DNA from: Octopus bimaculoides
Lineage: Eukaryota
DNA length: 37,536 bases
Reading direction: 5' to 3'
Assembly (NCBI RefSeq): GCF_001194135.2
Contig: NC_068985.1
Location: 14,703,777 to 14,741,312 of the forward strand
Both the position numbers and the translations under genes were made by a program. Each line of letters starts with the position of its first letter. Positions within the stretch are counted from its first letter, which is position 1. The notes under the pieces are model-generated. The model was not told the DNA's origin and searched no databases. It saw only the letters and a list, made by a program, of their open reading frames with translations. This document shows, piece by piece, positions 30,706 to 37,536 of this stretch.

Positions 30706-30883
30706 TTATACACACATATATACAACGGGCTTTCAGTTTCCATCTACCAAATCCACTCACAAGGCTTTGGTCGGCCCGAGGCTATAATAGAAGATACTTG
30801 CCCAAGGTGCCACACAGTGGGACTGAACCCGGAACCATGTGGTTGGTAAGCAAGCTACTTACCACAGAGCCACTCCTGCGCCT
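30465..30883 (-). mobile_element. Family-A SINE, full length
   Basis: Near-consensus tail to head ...ccactcctgcgcct. Confidence 0.92.
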
Positions 30884-30886
30884 ATT

Positions 30887-31188
30887 GCTCACTTTTGCTA
30901 AACCACTAGGTTATGGGGATATAAACACACTAACACCAGTTTGTAAAACGTTGGTGGGGACAAACACAGATACAATGAGACACACACACACACACACACA
31001 CGCGAATATATATACATGCACACACATACATGACGGGCTTCTTTCAGTCTCCATCTATCAAATCCACTCCCAAGGTTTTGGTCAGCCCAAGGCTATAATA
31101 GAAGATACTTGCCCAAGGTGTCAAACTGTGAGACTGAATCCAGAATCCTGTGGTTAGGAAGCAAGCTTCTTACCACTCAGTCACGCCT
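30887..31188 (-). mobile_element. Family-A SINE, 3'-truncated, in tandem with the previous copy
   Basis: cttttgctaaaccactagg...gcaagcttcttaccactcagtcacgcct. Confidence 0.82.
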
Positions 31189-31238
31189 AGATCTTTCTTT
31201 TATACATTTCAATGTTTTTCTTAATTTCTGAATTCCAG

Positions 31239-31404
31239 TTCCAAAAGTTGCTGTTTTCGGCCACTCTCACAGATGATTCAGAGAAACTGCAAAAAGTGAA
31301 CCTCTTCCAGCCTCGTCTTTTTCTTGCTTCTCAAAACATTCTCAAGAGTTCCAATAAATCTGGAAGTGAATCTGCTCTACCCAACACTGAAGAACCTGGC
31401 AATG
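31239..31404 (+). CDS. DDX51: DDX51 exon 11 (166 nt; motif III SAT)
   Basis: ttccAG acceptor; FQKLLFSATLTDDSEKLQKVNLFQPRLF...PGN; donor GTAATA; phase 0 to 1. Confidence 0.93.
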
Positions 31405-31431
31405 GTAATATATTTGTGCTTTTTTTTATTT

Positions 31432-32010
31432 ATTCTTTTACTTGTTTCACCCGTCAGACTGTGGCCATGCTGGGGCATTGCCTTGAAGAATGTTTTGTCA
31501 TAGAAATCACCCCCAGTACTCTTTGTTTTTTTCAAAACCTGAGCACCATTTGAGCGTAATCGTTACCAGTGTCGCCTTCCTGCCACTTGTGCCGGTGGCA
31601 TGTGAAAAGACATTCAAGCGAGATCGTTGCCAGTGCCGCTGGACTGGCTCCTGTGCAGGTAGCACGTAAGATACACCATTTTTTAGCGTGGCCGTTGCCA
31701 GTACCGCCTGACTGGCCTTCGTGCCGGTGGCACGTAAAAGCACCCACTACACTCTCAGAGTGGTTGGTGTTAGGAAGGGCATCCAGCTGTAGAAACTCTG
31801 CCAAATCAGATTGGAGCCTGGTGTAGCCACCTGGTTTACCAGTTCTCAGTCAAATCGTCCAACCCATGCTAGCATGGAAAGCGGACGTTAAACGATGATG
31901 ATGATGGTACTTACTCTAGTGGTCTCTTTTGCCAGACTGCTAAGTTATAGGGACATAAACACACCAACACCATTTGATAAGCAGTAGAGGGCAGCAAACA
32001 CAGACAAAGA
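31432..32010. mobile_element. Family-A remnant (-) interrupted by a family-C insertion (+, 31544-31906)
   Basis: A-type sequence breaks at ...aaacctga and resumes gtacttactctagtggtctcttttgcc after the C (atg)n tail. Confidence 0.8.
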
Positions 32011-32029
32011 CACATACAAATATATATAT

Positions 32030-32500
32030 GATGATTGCTTCATCTTGCCAGATGATCGCCATGCCACCAACACACACACCATCACGCAGCATAATCCCTC
32101 CATTGATGAGCCCTTAGATGACTTTTAAGACCAGCTGCTGACTGGCAGAGTGACAAATATTATTCAAGTTTCTTCTATATCTTTGCCCTTTAGAATCTGA
32201 CTCTGAAACAATGATTTTGTGAACTAGCAGATGCCTTTTAAGTTCAGATACTGTCTTACAAGTTTTGTGGCATAAGACACAAATCGCAAGAGGCAGTCGG
32301 TGTCCAAGATTATTACTTGCCTGGGCATTTCGATTTTCATGTGACTTCATATGGTTCATATATCCTGCTTTTGACAATGGAACACAAGTCACATATAATA
32401 CATATTCAATGTTCACTGTTGATTACAATTCCAATTGTTCCTTTGCGACAGGCCCTTTTAAGCTCAAAGTGCTGAATCATCTTTTCCTCATGCATACAAA
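32030..32500 (-). mobile_element. 3' fragment of a LINE (RTE-like) encoding C2H2 zinc fingers
   Basis: Minus-strand frames: HEEKMIQHFELKRACRKG, then SKAGYMNHMKSH and CVLCHKTCKTVSELKRHLLVH (C-x2-C-x12-H-x3-H), frameshifted. Ends ...GAAGCAATCATCAT. No splice structure. Confidence 0.6.
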
Positions 32501-32544
32501 TATATAGATATATATAACTGGCCCATTTATGAGTACCCCTCATT

Positions 32545-32740
32545 CATTGGACGATGAACTTTGCTTGCGAAAACCTATTGAGGCAAGTGAAAACAAATCA
32601 AAATTGCTGACGTGGCCGATGACAGTATTGCCTGATTGGCACTCATGCCAGTGGAACGTTAAAAGCACATCCGAGCGTGATTATTGCCAGGGCCACAGAT
32701 TAGGTGCCGTGCCAGTAGCATGTAAAAAGCACCATTCAAG
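32545..32740 (+). mobile_element. Family-C 5' portion, decayed
   Basis: cattggacgatgaactttgcttgcgaaaacctattgaggcaagtg...gatgacagtattgcctgattggc. Confidence 0.65.
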
Positions 32741-32932
32741 CATGATCATAGAGTTGACCTTGTTGAAATTTGAACTCAGAATATGAAGTAACATGGTTAA
32801 ATGCCACATTTTTTATTAAGCCATTTCAAAAATATTCAATTATTTACCAGAAACCATACTTTATATGTTTTATATAGAGTTGTCTCTTTAATAAAAAAGG
32901 TTTTTTAATCGAAACATTTTCTACAATTTCAG

Positions 32933-33003
32933 ATATAAAGAAGCAGAAGAATAATGTTAACGGAGAACAAAATATCAGATTTATAATTCCAGAAAGTCTT
33001 AAG
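32933..33003 (+). CDS. DDX51: DDX51 exon 12 (71 nt)
   Basis: tttcAG acceptor; IKKQKNNVNGEQNIRFIIPESLK; donor GTATTG; phase 1 to 0. Confidence 0.82.
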
Positions 33004-33597
33004 GTATTGTCACTGATAATAATTTAAGTTTCTCTCATGAAAGGTGTTTCTTTTAACAAAACGGTTAACATTGCTTCCTCAGTGTTCTTAACCGAACAAC
33101 TATCCACTCATATTTTCCCTATTACTAACTGAATCACCAGACTGGATTTGATTCCCAGACTGGGCAGCATATTGTGTTCTTGAGTAAAAAAACTTCATTC
33201 CACATTGCTGTGGTACTGTGTGGGACCGAATGCCAAAAAATCAGTGGTGTGCAGTGACTTCTGAGGGTGGTCATGCAATAAATACTTATTGGTTGAGTTG
33301 AATCATTTTGAAATTATTTAACTAAGAGAACATATTTAGTTACGTAATATGGCCATGGTTTTAGACCTTTACGCTGTCAAAGACTAATCAGCTGCTTTAT
33401 CAGGTTTCTCGCCAATTTTGGGAAAATAATTGACACTCACTACTCGAGCAGTGTACTCCATACATTAAAAGACTATGTCTCGCGCACATTGAACATACAC
33501 GCATAATCGAAATCGAACCAAATTCGAAGACTGGCACCCATGCCAACCTCTCCTGGTTGGATTAACTAAATTTTAAAGTATCTTTTGTTATCTGCAG

Positions 33598-33713
33598 GAG
33601 GAATATTTGATATGTAATCCATCTGAAAAAGTTATCGCCTTACTTCATTTGGTCCTTGATCGAGGTTTTCATAGTGTGGTTTGCTTCACCAACTCAGTTG
33701 AATCAACTCACAG
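33598..33713 (+). CDS. DDX51: DDX51 exon 13 (116 nt; motif IV)
   Basis: tgcAG acceptor; EEYLICNPSEKVIALLHLVLDRGFHSVVCFTNSVESTHR; donor GTCAGT; phase 0 to 2. Confidence 0.93.
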
Positions 33714-34172
33714 GTCAGTATGTGTTTGCCTTTTTCTATCTATCCAATCAGCATCATCATTGTATGTATCTCGTCAAGACGTCATTTGCTGATTGGTTGT
33801 AATTAAGCTTCATCATTATACAAGCAAGTTGAGGATGGCTACTTGGAGGAAACTGTTATCTCTCAGCCATAATCTAGTTGATGTTTTTTGATTATTTTTT
33901 AAAATACTCATATTCTTGGATCGGATTTTTTCTTCTTTTTATGCAAACTGTCAAATTTAACCCAAACACTCTTTGTATATCCTATTTGTAGTTTGCTTTC
34001 ATTGTATACTATTAATATATATATATGTATGTGTGTGTGTGTGTTATATGTATGTATGTGATCAGTTTTATTTCAAGATTTCTTGTCAATAGAGAGACAG
34101 TCGGTTTCTAACCTAGATTCAAGGCTCCTTCATTGAAATTTCAACATCAACAACAGGGTATTTTTGATTGTA

Positions 34173-34216
<44 letters not shown>

Positions 34217-34489
34217 TTTGTATGTTTTGCTTTTATCTATGTATTCTCATGGATATAGTTGCATATCTAGGCATGCTCATATATATTTAAATGATAAACT
34301 TCTGGAAAGATTTACAAATTTTTACTGTTCCAGTAATGGATTGGATCTGTAGTCTTTGAATTAGCTTTCTCTTTTCTGGTTTTGAGAAGCCTTATTTCTC
34401 AAGATTGGTATTTAGGCAATGTGTTACATATCCCAAGACCCCAGCAGAGAAGTATGCATGTATGTTCTCTCTCTTTCTCTCTCACTCAC

Positions 34490-35032
34490 TGAGTAACCAT
34501 GTACCTCCTCTATGGCAAGACATTTATTTCTTCTGCCTCTCTATTTCCCTGTTACACTCTAACCTTTCATCATCTGATACTGGATCACTTCCTCTAATGC
34601 CCCCTCTGTTGTGGCAAAACACCTGCTTCTGTCTCTCTGTCCCTTTGTCAGACTGTAACCTTTCATCCTCTGACACAAGTTCCCCTCCTCATGCCCCTGC
34701 CCCTCTCATAATTCCTTGTCTTGCAGGTTACTTAGTTACCCTGCTAGTGCTGCTGTCACGTTAAAAGCATCCGGTCTACACTGTAAAGTGGTTGGCATTT
34801 GGAAGGGCATCCAGTTGTTAAAATCATGCCAAAACTAACCTTGCCTGTGCTAGTGCCACATAAAAAGCACTGAGTCCACTCTGCAGAGTGGGTGGTGTTA
34901 GGAAGGACACCCAACCATAAAAACCCTGCCAAAACAGCCAAGTAGCCTAGGGTGGTTTATCTATCTGGCCAGCTCCTGTCAACTGTCCTCCCTATGCATG
35001 CACGGAAGGTGGACGTTAAACGATGATGGTGA
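34490..35032 (+). mobile_element. Composite repeat ending in a family-C-type tail
   Basis: Two ~110-bp imperfect direct units (cctc...tggcaa.aca...taacctttcatc.tctga), two ggttggcatt/ggtgttaggaagg blocks, then ggacgttaaacgatgatg. Confidence 0.6.
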
Positions 35033-35402
35033 TAATATATATATACACACACACATACAACGGGCATCTTTCAATTTTGTCTACCGGATCCATTCATTGA
35101 CCCTTTTGTTACCAAACCATCCAAAGCCGCCTGAAAAACATTTTGGTTCATGTGACCAAGCCTCCCAAAACCACCCGTAATCACATATTCATATTTAAAT
35201 GAAACTATCAGAGCAAATCTCATTAGTACATTCGTGAAAACACGTGATTATACTGCGTAAACAGTTCAGCTACAGTTTTGTACAACGATCGACGTGTTAT
35301 TTTAAACTACTTTCAACCTCAGACTATAAGTAGAAGACACTTGGTCGGGGTGCTGAGAAATCGTTCCAATAATTAATTATGCTTCTTCTCTGTTTGTTCC
35401 AG

Positions 35403-35519
35403 ACTCTGTCTTCTCCTTAAACACATTGACAAATTCCCTGTCGCTGAATTTTCTTCAAGAATCAAAGTAAACCAAAAAGAAAATATTTTAGCAGCATTTT
35501 CCAAGGGTTCCATTAGATT
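35403..35519 (+). CDS. DDX51: DDX51 exon 14 (117 nt)
   Basis: ttccAG acceptor; LCLLLKHIDKFPVAEFSSRIKVNQKENILAAFSKGSIRL; donor GTAAGT; phase 2 to 2. Confidence 0.9.
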
Positions 35520-35956
35520 GTAAGTATAAGCACATTTTTGTTTGAAATGCTATTGTAGATTATCAAAGTGGAGCTACTACCATTTGTAGGATGTGGTTGT
35601 TTTGCTGGTGATACCTGTTCCTATTTTGTTGTTAGAATTGTCTATTATTTTTAAAGGTGCATTTATTTCTTCAGTGACCCAGATAGCACTAAGTTTATTA
35701 GCATAATATGTATACACACAAACACACATCTTTGGTAGTTTCCTTTCAGTACCAGTCTACCAAATTTCATTCAGAAACCTCTGGTCAGGCCAAGTAGCTG
35801 TTAGCTTCTGGGGGAATTCTTTCACAAGGCAGTCAACCCAGCTCCCCAACCAGGCTGGTGCAAAGGAGCCGGAGGACAACTCTAGAACTTTCAAGCTGGA
35901 GTCTCATCACTGGACACAGTTTACTGTCATACTCAGGACATACATACATATACGTA

Positions 35957-36313
35957 TACTCTTTTACTTGTTTCAGTCATTTGACTGCGGCTATGCTGGA
36001 GCACCACCTTTAGTCGAGCAAATCGACCCCAGGACTTATTCTTTGTAAGCCTAGTACTTATTCTATCGGTCTATTTTGCCGAACCGCTAAGTTACGGGGA
36101 CCTAAACACACCAGCATCGGTTGTCAAGTGATGTTAGAGGGTCAAACATAAACACACACACACATATATATATACATATATACGACAGGCTTCTTTCAGT
36201 TTCTGTCTACCAAATCCACTCACAAGGCTTTAGTCGGCCTGAGGCTATAGTAGAAGACACTTGCCCAAGTGGTTGGTAAGCAAGCTACTTACCATACAGC
36301 CACTCTTGCGCCT
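35957..36313 (-). mobile_element. Family-A SINE lacking ~33 nt of the head (B-box region)
   Basis: ttgcccaag joined directly to tggttggtaagc, whereas other copies have gtgccacgcagtgggactgaacccggaaccatg between them. Confidence 0.88.
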
Positions 36314-36360
36314 ATATATTCATACATGCACTCACTAACCATCCATTTTTCTTCCCACAG

Positions 36361-36526
36361 ATTGGTATGTACAGACACAATGGCTAGGGGAATGGATCTG
36401 CTTAATATTGACCTTGTTGTTTCTTATGAGTACCCAAAGTTTGTGGAGACATACATTCATCGTGTTGGCCGGACAGCACGAGCTGGGCAGCAAGGTACTT
36501 CTGTCAGTTTGTTGGAGTTTCAGCAG
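36361..36526 (+). CDS. DDX51: DDX51 exon 15 (166 nt; motifs V and VI)
   Basis: ccacAG acceptor; LVCTDTMARGMDLLNIDLVVSYEYPKFVETYIHRVGRTARAGQQGTSVSLLEFQQ; donor GTAAAT. Confidence 0.95.
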
Positions 36527-36926
36527 GTAAATGTTCTTCATAGTTGAATATATTTTTGTAAGTATGAATTGTATCTGTGTTGTGATGGAAACAGTTTTTG
36601 ATGTGTATTGAGATTTTAAAAATCTGTTAATAGACTTGAGTTAGCCACATGACATATACTTTGTTGTAAAAGAACTATTTATTTATATGTATGTATGGAT
36701 GTATGTACATGCATACATACTATGAGATGTGATAGATCTATAAGTTGTATATGTTTCAGTTTGTTTTTTCTCTTTTTTGGTTTACATATTTAATAAAGCG
36801 TTGAATGTTATGTAGTTGATTTACTATGAAAGGATGGCTATGTGTAGTTGATGCTATGTGAATAATATATTGGGTGTTATGTTGTTAATATATATTAGTT
36901 ATTATACAGTGGATATATATATATAT

Positions 36927-37536
36927 AAGACCGGGAAAGCCCCCGGCCCATCAGGAATCACTGCAGAGATGCTCAAAATATCTGGCAGTGTTGGCTATAG
37001 CCTAGTCACCCGTATTACGAACCAGGTGATGCACGAAGGAGTCATACCCAATGACTGGTGTAGCAGCATCATAGTCAACTGCTACAAAGGTAAAGGTGAC
37101 GCTTTAGATACAAATAATTACAGATGCATCAAGCTGTTAGATCAGGTTGTGAAAGTTACAGAGAGGGTCATAGCCCAACNNNNNNNNNNGAGGAGAAGTT
37201 TCAGGTGTGGAAGCAAGGTCTTGAATTGAAGGGCCTTAGAGTCAACCTAGCTAAAACCAAAATCCTAATAAGTAGGAAGGTAGATAAAACACAAACCCCT
37301 TCAGGTAGATGGCCCTGCTCAGTATGTAGAAAAGGAGTAGGTAGTAACTCTATAAGATGTACCCGGTGCAAGCTATGGACACCAAAGGCAGCAACACCAA
37401 AGGCAGGTTAACTAGCAAGTTAGTTTTTGTTTGTGGCAGATGTTCAGGTGCAATAAAGACTGTAAACAAACAGGAAACAACTTCTATCTCATTCCAGGGT
37501 GAAAAACTAGAGGTAGTCGATAGCTTCCGCTATCTG
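36927..37536 (+). mobile_element. RTE-clade LINE ORF fragments (pre-RT, 10-N gap, post-RT), running off the window
   Basis: GKAPGPSGITAEMLK...IPNDWCSSIIVNCYKGKGDALDTNNYRCIKLL; after the gap GLRVNLAKTK...CSVC...CTRC, then after a frameshift FVCGRC...LEVVDSFRYL. Confidence 0.92.

Larger units (their letters stand above)
10108..36526 (+). other. DDX51: DDX51/Dbp6-like DEAD-box RNA helicase gene, 15 coding exons in the window, 3' end beyond the window
   Basis: Spliced ORF of 2064 nt with no stops. N-terminus MPLFNIKRYD resembles DDX51 MALFYVARY. Contains [45 protein letters not shown] and HRVGRTARAG, spaced as in DDX51. Confidence 0.9.

Noticed and set aside
32114-32416. Host C2H2 zinc-finger gene
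   Set aside because: Frameshifted, lacks TGEKP linkers and splice sites, and ends in a retroposon-like tail.
33130-33280. Ancient CORE-like SINE remnant (also ~24440-24600)
   Set aside because: Only short motifs (gattcccagactgggc...ttcttgagtaa) remain; boundaries are not supportable.
37180-37189. Apparent deletion of the RT catalytic core in the RTE
   Set aside because: The missing part coincides with a 10-N gap, so it is probably assembly collapse rather than biology.

Overview
AT-rich, repeat-dense animal genomic DNA with several N-gaps. The SINE/LINE repertoire looks like an octopus genome; this is an inference from recognising the repeat families. The one host gene I can support is a + strand DEAD-box helicase, DDX51/Dbp6-like. 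I reconstructed 15 coding exons by hand from 10108 to 36526 (2064 nt, 688 codons). All introns are GT-AG with consistent phases, motifs Q, I, Ia, Ib, II, III, IV, V and VI are present, and the last exon(s) lie beyond the window. The rest is mobile DNA: a decayed Tc1-type transposon with DD36E spacing (353-1423), mariner-, Tigger- and piggyBac-type MITEs, at least three RTE-clade LINE remnants, and dozens of copies of three short retroposon families (working labels A, B, C). The most interesting signal is a fourth short element present twice (6987-7158 +, 21104-21323 -). It joins a tRNA-like Pol III head to a minimal type-I hammerhead ribozyme (CUGAUGA / stem II / GAAAC-GU-U with a palindromic stem III), i.e. 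a candidate ribozyme-carrying SINE. Also notable: two long near-perfect foldbacks embedded in (TA)n, non-canonical helicase motifs Ia (PARSLA) and Ib (TPGKL, one A-to-I edit away from TPGRL), a 22-nt micro-exon, and inverted SINE pairs bracketing exons. Repeat boundaries were read by eye and are approximate to about 10 nt; exon boundaries are exact.
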